NCBI GenBank assembly: GCA_040876835.1
Contig: JBBDOX010000016.1
Span: 98,875-162,874, forward strand
DNA length: 64,000 nt
From: Candidatus Anderseniibacteriota bacterium
GTDB lineage: Bacteria; Patescibacteriota; Andersenbacteria; UBA10190
Reading direction: 5' to 3'
Shown here: positions 39,663-50,195 of the stretch, one piece after another
Numbering within the stretch: the first letter of the stretch is position 1
How the letters are laid out: each line of letters starts with the position of its first letter
Translations under genes and position numbers: made by a program
Notes under the pieces: model-generated
Told to the model about the DNA's origin: nothing
Databases searched by the model: none
Seen by the model: only the letters and a program-made list of their open reading frames with translations

Positions 39663-40808
39663 TTAGGCAATCTTAACGGCACGCTGTAATACCGTCTCAA
39701 ATTGTCGCGTGGTGTTATCAACGTAGAAAGCTGTCGCCTTTTTCGCATTTGCAGCACTCATGCGCTGAGACAAATCCTCATCTGAAAGTAATCGCCTCAC
39801 CGCCTCAGCCAAACGTTGCGGATGATCGGAGTCCACCAGGATAGCGTTCTCTCCATCAATGAGAAAATCAAGCTGTCCTCCATCGCTTGGTGCCACCAGG
39901 GGCAGCCCCGCGTCCATCGCTTCAATAAAGACGATCCCGAATCCCTCGTGCTTGGCAGCCGAGACGTACATGTCTGCCGCTCGCAAAAGTTGAAGTTTCC
40001 TCTCTTCTGAAATAAACCCCGTGAGTGTTACACGCTCCTGCAAGCCGTAATCTTTGATCCGCTTAAGCAGATTAGCCCTTAATGGGCCGTCACCAACGAT
40101 AAGCAAGTGAGCCTGTGGCACGTCCTTCCAGGCATCTAGTAGTACTTCATACCCCTTGCGTGGAATTAAACGCCCTACCGAAACTGCCACTTTCACATTC
40201 GCTGGCAGCCCAAGAGACTCTCGAGAGGTCACCTCTGTGTGTTGAGGCACAATGCCTAGCGGTGTGACTGTAATATTTTTCGTAACACCGTGCAGTTGCT
40301 GCGCTCGCCGCTTGGTATCCTCCGAAATAGCAGTGCAAGAAACCGCTGCTCGAGAAATAAGTCGTATTAAAGCACGGAACAACAAATGACGATGAGGGGA
40401 AATGCTTTTTGTAGGATCATAAATATCTCCGCCAATGAAGCTCAAAACAAACGGGATTCTGAAAAGCTTCACCAGGGCATAAGCTGGCAAACCGCTTGGC
40501 AACACAAACTGAGCGTTAAGCACATCAAATTTATCTCCCAAGCAAAGCCAAAATCCCCGCCACAATGCTGCCGGAACAAATGTTAGCATCGAAATGAAGC
40601 TTGCAGTTGGCAGATCGCTTCGCCCCCACACAGGCACCCGGTGCACTCGGACACCGAACGTTATTTCGTCAGGGACAGTATTCTTGGTAGCTGAGGTTAA
40701 CACATGAACTTCATGTTTCTTGGCGAGCTCCTCAGCAATTTGCTTTGTTGCCACTCCTCCCCCGCCTCCCAGTGGCGGATATTCATAATTAACAATTAGA
40801 ATTTTCAT
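39663..40808 (-). CDS. GT4-family glycosyltransferase
   Basis: 'MKILIVNYEYPPLGGGGGVATKQ', then 'KHEGFGIVFIEAMDAGLPLVAPSDGGQLDFL'. Confidence 0.8.
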   Translation of the reverse strand: MKILIVNYEYPPLGGGGGVATKQIAEELAKKHEVHVLTSATKNTVPDEITFGVRVHRVPVWGRSDLPTASFISMLTFVPAALWRGFWLCLGDKFDVLNAQFVLPSGLPAYALVKLFRIPFVLSFIGGDIYDPTKSISPHRHLLFRALIRLISRAAVSCTAISEDTKRRAQQLHGVTKNITVTPLGIVPQHTEVTSRESLGLPANVKVAVSVGRLIPRKGYEVLLDAWKDVPQAHLLIVGDGPLRANLLKRIKDYGLQERVTLTGFISEERKLQLLRAADMYVSAAKHEGFGIVFIEAMDAGLPLVAPSDGGQLDFLIDGENAILVDSDHPQRLAEAVRRLLSDEDLSQRMSAANAKKATAFYVDNTTRQFETVLQRAVKIA

Positions 40809-42919
40809 CTTGATTCAACCGTTAAAACTGGATTTTGAATAATGAGTTTCCCAGGTCCCCTCGACTGTATTAAAAGCTGGTGCTCTCCCGGAAGTAGCTC
40901 ATATCGCATTGACACACTGCCGCTACGATCAAACGTTGATGCTTGTTGCTCATCAATCCATATCTGACCCGAAGTAGTATTCTCTGGAGGCAATTGAAAG
41001 GAGATAATAACACTTTTCACGGACGTGGTGGTGTTGATTAGTGTCACCGTCGCTATTTCCGGAACTTCCGCAAAAACGCTACTGCGCACTTTATCAAACC
41101 CCACGCTCATCCACCCTTCCCCGCGCATGAGCAGCACACCGTCACCATGCTGGCTGGCTGGCTTCGTAAACACCCGAACGTCATCGTAGTCAACCGCGGC
41201 GAACCCTGCCCGCTGAGCCAGAAAGGTCTCCAAAGCTGAATTTTGTAAAGCGGATAAAGAATCAGTATGAACAACCACATTAGCAGCCTTGAGATAATCC
41301 ATTGCATCAAGCAGTGAATCATTCAGAGACTGACCAAAAAACTCTTCGCGATCTTCCCGTAGCTCAGTCGTTCGCAGTAACATTATCTGTCTAACACCAG
41401 GAAGCTGCTTAGCTAGAACGAAAGCCTCGTCGTCTAACGCGCGTTCCAAAGCAATGTTGCCCAGTACTTCCTTATGATGTTTGTTGCTAGCGTACAAGGC
41501 CCGCGAGGCAATCGTGTAGTTAGTCGCAGCGGGAATTTCCAGAACCGTGCCGCTAGCATCCGCTGCAATGTATTCGTATGCTGCCGAAAGCTTGGTGGAT
41601 TGAATTGGAACAGGCAGAAATAAAAACTCAATCAGTACTGCAACTCCAACTGCAACTGCACTACCACGCCGCTTTAGCTGTGTTGCCAGCACTAGACCGA
41701 AAAGCACCGTAGCCGCTAATCCCACCAGCGCTCCCGCCCGCGCCACTGCTCTAATGGAAGAGAAAACCGGTAAACTGTCGATCGCTTCATACGGCAACGG
41801 CAGAATTGTAACCGTTCCAAAAATATGCAGTCGTGGACCTAGGCTGATGATAAAAAAGATGGCCACCACAATATTCCAGAACCACTTGGTGCGTTTATCT
41901 ATCTGCTGGTGGAAAAAAGCTATGAGTAACAAAACAATAAACCCAATAAATTGAGTTGCTTCAGATATATTTCCCGTAAAGCCACCCGGGTCCGCATACA
42001 AAGGAGTAGCAATCTGTCCCCAGAGGGAGTGAAATGCCGCCGGAACCACATAGGCAAAGGGGTCAGCCGAAAAACGCACTAGCTGTTGGTATCCTAAGTT
42101 AAGAGACGAATCTGCCTGCAGCGCTAAGCGAATAGTAGGAAGGTATGACAAAAAAATGATACTACCTGCGATCAGTAAAATTCCAATCCCACTATAGGCA
42201 GTCCGACGCGTAAGTGCAGTCCGCACGTCAGCGCGATAGTAGACAGCAGCGATGGTGGCAAACAGCATCAACCAGAGGAAATAGTGATGTTCTGTCCACC
42301 CCTGCACAATAAGTAAGGCAGCTAATCCAATTACCTTAAGTTGAGTCGCCTTACGAATGAAACTGATACTGAGAACAATAATGAACGGGATCCATTGAAG
42401 CTGCATGGCTCCAAAGTGCCCGTAGGCGTGAGCAACGTGATATGGCAGAAACATATAGGTCATACCAGCAATAAAAGCTGCCGCCTCAGGTAGTTTTTCG
42501 TTTCTAGAAGCCAACGTGCCAACAAGCAAAAACACTGCATAGCCTGACAGTATAAATGACAATAGCCACACGATGTTGTATGCAAGCGGCTGACCAAATA
42601 ACCACTGTACCCACATCCAGGGCCAGACGGATAGATTAACTAATGCAGGCTGACTGCGACCAAAAAACTCCTCCGCCACATATGTCCCGACACTGCCCGC
42701 CTGTACCGCCTCGCTCAACATTTGTGCTTTATGCTCAAAGCGCCACATAGTCTGCCAGGGATCACCTCCGCTTCCGGCCACATGCGTTCCAATGTACCCA
42801 GCCACAGGCCAGGTCATGAATAACCCAAGGAGAAGATATCCTCCAACTACAACAAGGTGCGTATTAATCCTTTTCTGCAACGAGGACATAGTGAACAGCA
42901 AACAATTTACGCTTATCAA
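40805..42919 (-). CDS. Large polytopic membrane protein (704 aa) with a C-terminal extracytoplasmic domain; YfhO/GT-C-like
   Basis: N-terminal loop motif 'AGSGGDPWQTMW'. About 12 TM followed by an approximately 230-aa hydrophilic tail. Confidence 0.45.
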   Translation of the reverse strand: MISVNCLLFTMSSLQKRINTHLVVVGGYLLLGLFMTWPVAGYIGTHVAGSGGDPWQTMWRFEHKAQMLSEAVQAGSVGTYVAEEFFGRSQPALVNLSVWPWMWVQWLFGQPLAYNIVWLLSFILSGYAVFLLVGTLASRNEKLPEAAAFIAGMTYMFLPYHVAHAYGHFGAMQLQWIPFIIVLSISFIRKATQLKVIGLAALLIVQGWTEHHYFLWLMLFATIAAVYYRADVRTALTRRTAYSGIGILLIAGSIIFLSYLPTIRLALQADSSLNLGYQQLVRFSADPFAYVVPAAFHSLWGQIATPLYADPGGFTGNISEATQFIGFIVLLLIAFFHQQIDKRTKWFWNIVVAIFFIISLGPRLHIFGTVTILPLPYEAIDSLPVFSSIRAVARAGALVGLAATVLFGLVLATQLKRRGSAVAVGVAVLIEFLFLPVPIQSTKLSAAYEYIAADASGTVLEIPAATNYTIASRALYASNKHHKEVLGNIALERALDDEAFVLAKQLPGVRQIMLLRTTELREDREEFFGQSLNDSLLDAMDYLKAANVVVHTDSLSALQNSALETFLAQRAGFAAVDYDDVRVFTKPASQHGDGVLLMRGEGWMSVGFDKVRSSVFAEVPEIATVTLINTTTSVKSVIISFQLPPENTTSGQIWIDEQQASTFDRSGSVSMRYELLPGEHQLLIQSRGPGKLIIQNPVLTVESR

Positions 42920-43595
42920 CTACTCTATCAATGGCAATGGTCAATTTACTGCACCAATAAGTGAGCTCATGCACAACTAGTCCAATTATTGGAATGTCAT
43001 GAGTTACCCCAATAAGTAACGTAGCGGGAATGTGCTGCAAGAAAGCAATAAGCCCTCCACTAGGTTCAATCGTTTTAATTCGAAAACCGGCGTCAGTGAC
43101 TAATACCTCTAATCCATACTTTGTGTATCGGTAGAAATCATACGGCTCGTTGTGCAGATAACCCAAGTGCGGAACAGTAATAATTACCTTTCCTCCTGGG
43201 CGAAGGACACGATAAAATTCTTTTAATGCCTTGGCCGGATACGGAACGTGCTCGAGCACTTCAACACATAAGACTGTGTCGAAAGAATTATCCTCAAAGG
43301 ACATATCTTGAATGTCCCCCACTTTATCTAACTCTGGATGCGTCTCCTTAAAATCAATGCTTTTGTAGGAACAACCAGCGTCCCGAACTAAGTGCCGGTA
43401 CGATAACGTACCCGCACCTGCATCCAGCAAGTCCCCTTTCGCGTGCTTCCGTAATTTCGAATCAACGACCTCAAGCAACAATAGCACTAAAGCGCTACGC
43501 TCCCAGAATTTTTTTGTGCCTGTCGTTGCCCGTGACGAAGCAGCCCAGCCTTCCTTAATCTTTGTGTGCATAGGAATACATGTAGTCTCACTCAA
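42864..43595 (-). CDS. Class I SAM-dependent methyltransferase
   Basis: 'LLDAGAGTLSYRHL...DNSFDTVLCVEVLEHVPYPAKALKEFYRVLRPGGKVIITVP' (Methyltransf_11-like). Confidence 0.75.
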   Translation of the reverse strand: MSETTCIPMHTKIKEGWAASSRATTGTKKFWERSALVLLLLEVVDSKLRKHAKGDLLDAGAGTLSYRHLVRDAGCSYKSIDFKETHPELDKVGDIQDMSFEDNSFDTVLCVEVLEHVPYPAKALKEFYRVLRPGGKVIITVPHLGYLHNEPYDFYRYTKYGLEVLVTDAGFRIKTIEPSGGLIAFLQHIPATLLIGVTHDIPIIGLVVHELTYWCSKLTIAIDRVVDKRKLFAVHYVLVAEKD

Positions 43596-43652
43596 TTGTT
43601 ATACAGCGTCAACTTGCAGGAATGGCCCCACACAGCCTCTGTTCCGTAAGCA

Positions 43653-44570
43653 TTGAACCCCATAGCCAAGGAACAAAATATCTCCTACAGTATACCAATG
43701 AGCTTAGCTTCACGTGACGAGAAATTTGTTGCCCGGGTTGTCGAACTACAAAGCAATATGCCAGACCATCTGGTATGTGATGCCCATGCCGACCGAGAAA
43801 AACTGGCTCGAGACTGGTTGGACGAAACACGAGACCTCGACCGCTGGAAACTGATCGAGCGGCTACTCCCGATTGATCTAAAAAAATCTAAGACGTTAGA
43901 AATTGGAAGCGGCGTGGGAACATTTGTGATGGCTGGGGTTCGCCAGGGGCTTTCTGTAGACGGTATTGAGCCGGTAAAGGAGTTAGTAGAGTTGAATAAC
44001 GAGAGGCTACAGCAGGAAGGTATATCAGCTGACGTGCGTGTCGGTACTGGAGAGCATCTACCATATCCTGATCAGTCGTACGACCTTGCTACCTCCTTTC
44101 AGGTATTAGAGCACGTTGACGATCCCCAGCAGGTTATTAACGAGTCACTGCGAGTTTTGCGCCCGGGTGGCTACATATTCTTCATCATCCCCAGTTATCA
44201 TTCTTTCTGGGAAGGGCATTATGGTATTTTCTGGTGGCCGAACCTGCATCGGTATAAACCCCTTATGAGCCGATACATCCGCCTCATGCGCCGCGATCCG
44301 GCTTACGCAGACACTCTTAACTTCATTACTCCCCAGCTCCTTCACGAGGCTGTATCCAAAGCTCCCATCAAAGCAAATATTGAGAATCTTGGTTATGAGG
44401 TATGGCGGGAACGGCTGTACAAGAAAATGCCCGCGTGGGGCTACACCAGTCGTCTTCTGAGGGTTGTCGAGATAGCTCGAAAGCTTCGACTATTAAAGAT
44501 CGTCGAGGTCTTGGGCAAGCGGTGGGAATTTTATACTCCGATTATTTTTGTTTGCCGACGAGACTCCTAG
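43653..44570 (+). CDS. Class I SAM-dependent methyltransferase
   Basis: 'TLEIGSGVGTFVMAG...SYDLATSFQVLEHVDDPQQVINESLRVLRPGGYIFFIIP'. Confidence 0.75.
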   Translation: MNPIAKEQNISYSIPMSLASRDEKFVARVVELQSNMPDHLVCDAHADREKLARDWLDETRDLDRWKLIERLLPIDLKKSKTLEIGSGVGTFVMAGVRQGLSVDGIEPVKELVELNNERLQQEGISADVRVGTGEHLPYPDQSYDLATSFQVLEHVDDPQQVINESLRVLRPGGYIFFIIPSYHSFWEGHYGIFWWPNLHRYKPLMSRYIRLMRRDPAYADTLNFITPQLLHEAVSKAPIKANIENLGYEVWRERLYKKMPAWGYTSRLLRVVEIARKLRLLKIVEVLGKRWEFYTPIIFVCRRDS

Positions 44571-44571
44571 T

Positions 44572-46095
44572 CTATAAAGATGGTTCTTGAAAAATCCATA
44601 CGTACGGGAGCTTATTAACTGTCACAACGTGCACGGGAACTCGCTCCGGATCATCCAAATACCGCTTCGTAAAATCTGACTCAACCGAATCAGGCGCCCG
44701 CTCAAACATTGACCGATAGATGACTACATAGTCAGTATCATCACTCATATGTTCCAGCGAAGTTACATACCCAGTCCCTCCAAATTTATTCCAGCTGTAT
44801 TCAAACACGCTGCTGTAAAAAGCTACAACACTAGCTTGAGGGTCGCGCGCAGCAATATATTTTGCCGCCTCTTCTAATCCTTCACCCCACCCGAGTTTTT
44901 GCCGCTCGTGAAACGGAAGCAGACGATTGTAGTGACTCAAGTAATACGGATGAAGGCGAAAATCTGTAATAGCAAGTAAAAGAATGGGTAGGGCTGCCAA
45001 GACCAGCCCCACTTGGGGGGTGATAAAACGCTTAAGCAAGATAACTAATTGACGCAGTCCCATAACTGCCCAAATATCTACTGTAAGCAGTAGAAACAGC
45101 AGATAACGATCAGCCCGATCATTACTAGCATGGAGACACAGGGCATACACAAGACCGGAAGCCAGCAGAGTAAATAACATAAAGCGCACATGAGTCCTCT
45201 TTTCACGCCAGAAAGTTGCGACGCTCACAACGAAGAGAATTGAGATAGCCGCCGTCAGACGCATTGGGCCTTCTCGCATGTAGTACCACCACTGCGTCGA
45301 AGTTTCTCCCAATCGTCGATTGGAAGAGGAAGAATACCCACTGATGTTAGACCATAGATAGTCGAGTACTCCCAAGGCATCAACCCACAAAGCGGGCCAA
45401 ACAGCAAAAGCGGTGGCGACAGCTATGACAACCCAAAACCCCACTGTACTTCCCACCTGTTTTACCCGATGAGTTTTTTGCCAGACGTCCCACGCGACAA
45501 TCAAAGCAATCGGTCCAAGTGCGAAAAGAGCAAATATTTTTGTTGTAACGGCGAGTCCTGCCAGAATGGCGCTGAAAACAAGATAACGAGTTTCATACCC
45601 GTTGGAGCCTCCCTCCTTTCTGGCAACGCATAGACCGAGCACTGCAGTTAATAGTAAGAGAGCCAGTAGAGCATCCGTATGAACGACACGACTATGAGCG
45701 ATCAGGAACGGATCTAAAGCCAGTATGAAGCCGGTAATTACACCCCAGCGCCAAGCTAGAACCCTCACCAGAAAGTAGGTAGCAACAGCGATAAGCAAAC
45801 CTGTGGCAACAGCGATCGACGCCTGAGAGGCTGCCAGAGAATTAAAATGGGTGGTTACAGCTGACAGCCAGGTAGTGGTAACACCGGGCTGAAAGGCAAC
45901 TCTCGTATCAGCCATATGCAGACTGGCAAAGGCTTCCATAAACTTTGCACCCCTCGCCAGCCAAAGACGCTCATCAATTGTGAAGATTGTCCCGAGAGTT
46001 ATGATCCGCGGAACAAAAATTGCTGCAAATAAACCGACAAGAATGCTAACTCGTTGTATCAGTGTCATTCGCATAATCTGGTAGTATAGTAACAC
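44572..46095 (-). CDS. GT-C-fold glycosyltransferase, ArnT/PMT_2-like (paralog A of a local triad)
   Basis: 507 aa polytopic. A DE motif in the first loop (TIDERLW), then 'QPGVTTTWL', 'ALDPFLIAHSRVVHTDALL', and C-terminal 'QKLGWGEGLEEAAKYIAARDP'. Confidence 0.5.
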   Translation of the reverse strand: MLLYYQIMRMTLIQRVSILVGLFAAIFVPRIITLGTIFTIDERLWLARGAKFMEAFASLHMADTRVAFQPGVTTTWLSAVTTHFNSLAASQASIAVATGLLIAVATYFLVRVLAWRWGVITGFILALDPFLIAHSRVVHTDALLALLLLTAVLGLCVARKEGGSNGYETRYLVFSAILAGLAVTTKIFALFALGPIALIVAWDVWQKTHRVKQVGSTVGFWVVIAVATAFAVWPALWVDALGVLDYLWSNISGYSSSSNRRLGETSTQWWYYMREGPMRLTAAISILFVVSVATFWREKRTHVRFMLFTLLASGLVYALCLHASNDRADRYLLFLLLTVDIWAVMGLRQLVILLKRFITPQVGLVLAALPILLLAITDFRLHPYYLSHYNRLLPFHERQKLGWGEGLEEAAKYIAARDPQASVVAFYSSVFEYSWNKFGGTGYVTSLEHMSDDTDYVVIYRSMFERAPDSVESDFTKRYLDDPERVPVHVVTVNKLPYVWIFQEPSL

Positions 46096-46099
46096 TATT

Positions 46100-48388
46100 A
46101 TGCTGAAGAAAATTCGGGAAATCTACGAATTATGGCGAAGTATCGTGGTTCTTTTGAGTATAGTCATGATTGGAGGAGTGGCATTTCTGCTGCCGCTAGC
46201 GTTACCGGAATTTGTCATTGTCAGCGGCCCGGGCGGCAGCGGAGTATACGCGGAGCTCTCTCCCGGCACGACGTTTCGTCAAAACATAGAGATTCCGGAA
46301 AATCCGGCTAATAGCCTGTTTATCGCTTTAGAACATTCATCCGAGGCATCTCGCATCCAGGGACACCTTATCTCCTCTACTAACAGCTCTCCAATTGACA
46401 TCGGCTTTGGCCAACCAGCTAGAATACCAGTAACCGAAGAACGATCTATCTCAGGAGCATGGTGGCCAATTCCGGCTCTTGAGGCAGATGTTGGGCATGC
46501 TATTGAAATCTCGATTACAGACACAGCCCGGGATCCTATAAACATTGTAGCTGACGAGCGATCAACAGATAGCCAAGATGCAACGGTTCTAATTGATATT
46601 GCAGATGAGAAGCATCGACTGCCCTTAGCCCTCTCGACTACTCATCTGCGCCGACAACTGCGCTGGCCAGGGTTAACATCGCAAGACAAACAGTCGACAC
46701 AGCAAGCTGCTCTCTGGGCAGGATTGTCAGTTCTTTTCGTTATCGCAAGCATACTTGCAGTCAATGCCCTGGCTAAAGCTTCAAGGAATACAAAACAAAT
46801 GGTTTTTCTTATCCTAGGGAGCTGCGTGCTCATTGGAGGAATAGCTGCCCGAGTCTGGTTTGCGCGACAGCTTCCGCTGATAAATGATGAGCAGTTTTAC
46901 GTGTATGATGCAGTTTTATTCAGCCCTTCAGACCCCCACTTCTGGAAAAGCCCTCTCCTTATTACAGGTCTTCGCGTTTGGATGTCTATTACGGGCGCCT
47001 CTTCTCTCCTGGCTCTTCGCACCCTCCCTATACTCATATGTGCTGCTGCCTTAAGCTTGCTCGCCTACACCGCCTATCGACTAGCCGGTAAAGTTGCCGG
47101 AGCTGCAACATTGGTAGTTGGAATGCTCCTTCCGACGGTGATCCCATACACCTCGCTGATCATGACTGAGCATATGATGCTGCTACCGGCAATTGGAGCC
47201 GCCACACTGACAATATCCTTGCGGGACAGAAAAAAAATACTATGGTGGCAGTTGCTAATTGTGAGTGTGTTAGTGGGAGTAACCACTCTCGCTCGCTGGA
47301 GCGGAATTTTCTGGCTCATAGCTATTGTTTTGCTGTTCCGTATACGGGCTCCCCGCGAATATGCGAGAAGAGTTGGATGGCTGATTCTTCCCTACGTCGC
47401 CGCGTTCTTGGCCTTTATTGCTATATTTCCGAATATTCTACGTGGCTGGCGCATCACAGAAATGTTCGCGGAATTTTTCGAGCAATCCAGTGCCAGGGGA
47501 TGGCTAACAAAGTTTGCTGCCTGGCGCGTTCCTTTCGCCAATATTACCCCCCTGCTTGTAATAAGTGCCTGGGGATATAGCGGAGGCAACCGTGTACGGC
47601 GGATAATATATGCAATGATTGTCCTTGTTCTTATCCTCACTATCTTCCCAGTGCTGGAAATAGGCTCTCGCCTTCCAACGTATCCTCAGTACCAACAACT
47701 TGCCATATTCCTCCCCCTTACTCTGTTGTTTTTAGGGTTCACGTTTAAACCAATTTACTCAAGGCGGGCTCTTCTTGATGTCGCTATATTTAGCATACCT
47801 CCAGTTATTTCCTATATTATTTTCCATAAGATTAACGCAAAGTATCTGGCTGAATTCATGCCCGTTTTCATTCTTATGGCCGGTCTAGGTCTGGGAGTAA
47901 TATTCCAGCATATTCGTCAGAGGAAAGTTGCGGGAGGCCTTGCCTTCTTCATTTTGATTCTGTGGCTTCTCCCCTGGGTACAGCAGCCAATTAAGCATCC
48001 CTACGCTGGCACGCTTTCGGTTGAGGCAGTTACTGAAACAGTAGAGTATTTGAAAAAGAATAGCCGTTCCGATGAAAAGGTGCTGACCGGGGCAAATCTC
48101 ATTCCTCTCCTGGCTCAACGTGATCCGGCAAACAGAATTTCTCATCCCGCTTGGATTGCCCCTATGTTTCGAGGTCGGCCCGACGAGCGGTTTAACCAAC
48201 TATTTGATCCTGTAGCTGATCAGCTAGAGGCTCAGCAGATCCCGTGGGTAATTGACGAAAAGCTCACAACCGATACATATCGTGAACATCCCCGCATCGA
48301 TGCTATCCTCGCTGAGAAATATGAGGTGGTAAAGACAATTGAAAATGATCAGTCGGGACCCATAACTATTTTACGCCCGGCGCTGTGA
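46100..48388 (+). CDS. Large GT-C-like membrane protein (762 aa): N-terminal anchor, about 180-aa external domain, then a PMT_2/ArnT-like core with a DE motif
   Basis: 'LINDEQFYVYDAV', then multi-TM, then a C-terminal hydrophilic domain. Contains an A8 run at 47230-47237. Confidence 0.45.
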   Translation: MLKKIREIYELWRSIVVLLSIVMIGGVAFLLPLALPEFVIVSGPGGSGVYAELSPGTTFRQNIEIPENPANSLFIALEHSSEASRIQGHLISSTNSSPIDIGFGQPARIPVTEERSISGAWWPIPALEADVGHAIEISITDTARDPINIVADERSTDSQDATVLIDIADEKHRLPLALSTTHLRRQLRWPGLTSQDKQSTQQAALWAGLSVLFVIASILAVNALAKASRNTKQMVFLILGSCVLIGGIAARVWFARQLPLINDEQFYVYDAVLFSPSDPHFWKSPLLITGLRVWMSITGASSLLALRTLPILICAAALSLLAYTAYRLAGKVAGAATLVVGMLLPTVIPYTSLIMTEHMMLLPAIGAATLTISLRDRKKILWWQLLIVSVLVGVTTLARWSGIFWLIAIVLLFRIRAPREYARRVGWLILPYVAAFLAFIAIFPNILRGWRITEMFAEFFEQSSARGWLTKFAAWRVPFANITPLLVISAWGYSGGNRVRRIIYAMIVLVLILTIFPVLEIGSRLPTYPQYQQLAIFLPLTLLFLGFTFKPIYSRRALLDVAIFSIPPVISYIIFHKINAKYLAEFMPVFILMAGLGLGVIFQHIRQRKVAGGLAFFILILWLLPWVQQPIKHPYAGTLSVEAVTETVEYLKKNSRSDEKVLTGANLIPLLAQRDPANRISHPAWIAPMFRGRPDERFNQLFDPVADQLEAQQIPWVIDEKLTTDTYREHPRIDAILAEKYEVVKTIENDQSGPITILRPAL

Positions 48389-49491
48389 AGATACTGATGC
48401 TTAACTATGAGTTCCCTCCAGTGGGAGGTGGCGGTGCCCCAGTAACGTACGAACTATGCCGCGAACTGGTTGGCCGCGGTCATGAGGTAGATGTTGTGAC
48501 CATGCACGCTCGCGGAACAAAGCGGTTTGAAATAGTTGACGGGATTCGCGTCTTTCGCGTACCCGCCCTACGGAAGAAGACCGAGATTTGCTACCCCCAC
48601 GAAATGCTTACGTATGTCCTCTCCGCCTTCTTTTTTTGTTTACGACTTACTAAAAAGAAGAAATATGACATTATGCATGTGCATTTTATTTTTCCCACTG
48701 GTATCCTCGCCTACCCCCTCAAGCTCATTACCAAAATACCGTTAATCGTCACCGCTCACGGATCAGATGTTCCATTCTACAATCCAGAGCGATTTCGGTT
48801 TCTGCATCGGCTAATGCATCCGCTGTGGCAACTTATCGTGCGCCGCGTCGATACCTTGGTGGCTCCATCACAATACATGAAGCATCATATCCAGAAATTT
48901 ACTACCAAAGCAGTGGAAGTTGTTCCTAACGGATTCCGCATGGGAAACCTGCGCCCCTCGACTCGAGAACGCAAGATTCTGATTGTCAGTCGTATTTTTC
49001 GCCGTAAAGGAGTACAGCATTTCCTGGAAGCGATTAAAGATATGGATCTGGACTGGGAAATTACCATTGCCGGAGATGGTCCCTACTTAAGTCACTTAAA
49101 AAAGCAGGCGGAAGTAATCAAGCCGCGAGTTAACTTTGTCGGCTTTGTTCAAAATGAGCAGCTTCGTTCCCTCTATGAAACATCTTCTATTTTCATTTTC
49201 ACCTCTCAAAATGAATCTTTTGGCGTTGTTTTACTTGAGGCCATGAGTGCTGGGCTGGCAATTATTACGACCAACGTTAGCGCACTACCCGAAGTGGTTG
49301 AAAACACGGCTTTATTAGTCGAACCTAATAATCCCCAGCAAATTAGAGCTGCGCTAGACAGCTTGATCCGTGACGAATCCCTAATCCGGGAACTTGGTGA
49401 TAAGGGGAGAGAACGCGCCCGAATATTTAACTGGCCCCATATCGCTCAGCAGTATGAAACACTGTATGCGAAAACGCTTTCTCGCACCTAA
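48385..49491 (+). CDS. GT4-family glycosyltransferase
   Basis: 'MKILMLNYEFPPVGGGGAPVTYEL', then 'QNESFGVVLLEAMSAGLAIITTNVSALPEVV'. Confidence 0.8.
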   Translation: MKILMLNYEFPPVGGGGAPVTYELCRELVGRGHEVDVVTMHARGTKRFEIVDGIRVFRVPALRKKTEICYPHEMLTYVLSAFFFCLRLTKKKKYDIMHVHFIFPTGILAYPLKLITKIPLIVTAHGSDVPFYNPERFRFLHRLMHPLWQLIVRRVDTLVAPSQYMKHHIQKFTTKAVEVVPNGFRMGNLRPSTRERKILIVSRIFRRKGVQHFLEAIKDMDLDWEITIAGDGPYLSHLKKQAEVIKPRVNFVGFVQNEQLRSLYETSSIFIFTSQNESFGVVLLEAMSAGLAIITTNVSALPEVVENTALLVEPNNPQQIRAALDSLIRDESLIRELGDKGRERARIFNWPHIAQQYETLYAKTLSRT

Positions 49492-49559
49492 GCACCATTA
49501 CTCTCACTAGCCATCCTAACGCCCGGAGCGCTGTAAGGCCTCTTTAGCTGGACAGCACG

Positions 49560-50195
49560 ATGGTTGATGGTACTGTAATTTGTATGGCAATACTAAACTT
49601 GATTAAGCGACTCCCTATTGATCTAGGCCAGGGCCATTACCGTCATGAAACGAAGGCCAAAACAGTTGCTTTTGCTCTGGCTGGAGACGGAAACGGAAAA
49701 AAGGCTTTAGATTTCGGCTGCGGAGATGGTTTCTGGTCGGAACAGCTTAAAAGTCGCGGCTGGGACGTAACCTCGGTTGATAATTATGACTTCCGTTACA
49801 AATACACTCAGCAAGTAGATGCCGAACAGAAGCTTTCATTCCCCGACAATACATTTGAGTTAGTTTGGGTACTCGAAGTGGTTGAACATGTTAAGCATGT
49901 AGAGCAGCTTCTCGACGAGTTTAGACGTATCACGAAGCCTGGGGGACGCATAATTATCACTACTCCCAATTCTAATTTCTGGCTCTATCGCATCCTAAGG
50001 CCTTTTGGGATTACTCCGCCGAAAATTCAAAATCCGGATCACAAGCAGTTTTTTTCCTTTGCCGATATGCAGCGTCTGTTCCCCCAGGCATACATATACG
50101 GGTTCTTTCCGTATACCTTGATAAAATTGGTCATCAGTTCCGGGATTGGGTTCCTATCTCCTACCTTTATCGTCATTGAAGATCAGAGCGCATGA
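49560..50195 (+). CDS. Class I SAM-dependent methyltransferase
   Basis: 'ALDFGCGDGFWSEQL...FELVWVLEVVEHVKHVEQLLDEFRRITKPGGRIIITTPN'. Confidence 0.75.
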   Translation: MVDGTVICMAILNLIKRLPIDLGQGHYRHETKAKTVAFALAGDGNGKKALDFGCGDGFWSEQLKSRGWDVTSVDNYDFRYKYTQQVDAEQKLSFPDNTFELVWVLEVVEHVKHVEQLLDEFRRITKPGGRIIITTPNSNFWLYRILRPFGITPPKIQNPDHKQFFSFADMQRLFPQAYIYGFFPYTLIKLVISSGIGFLSPTFIVIEDQSA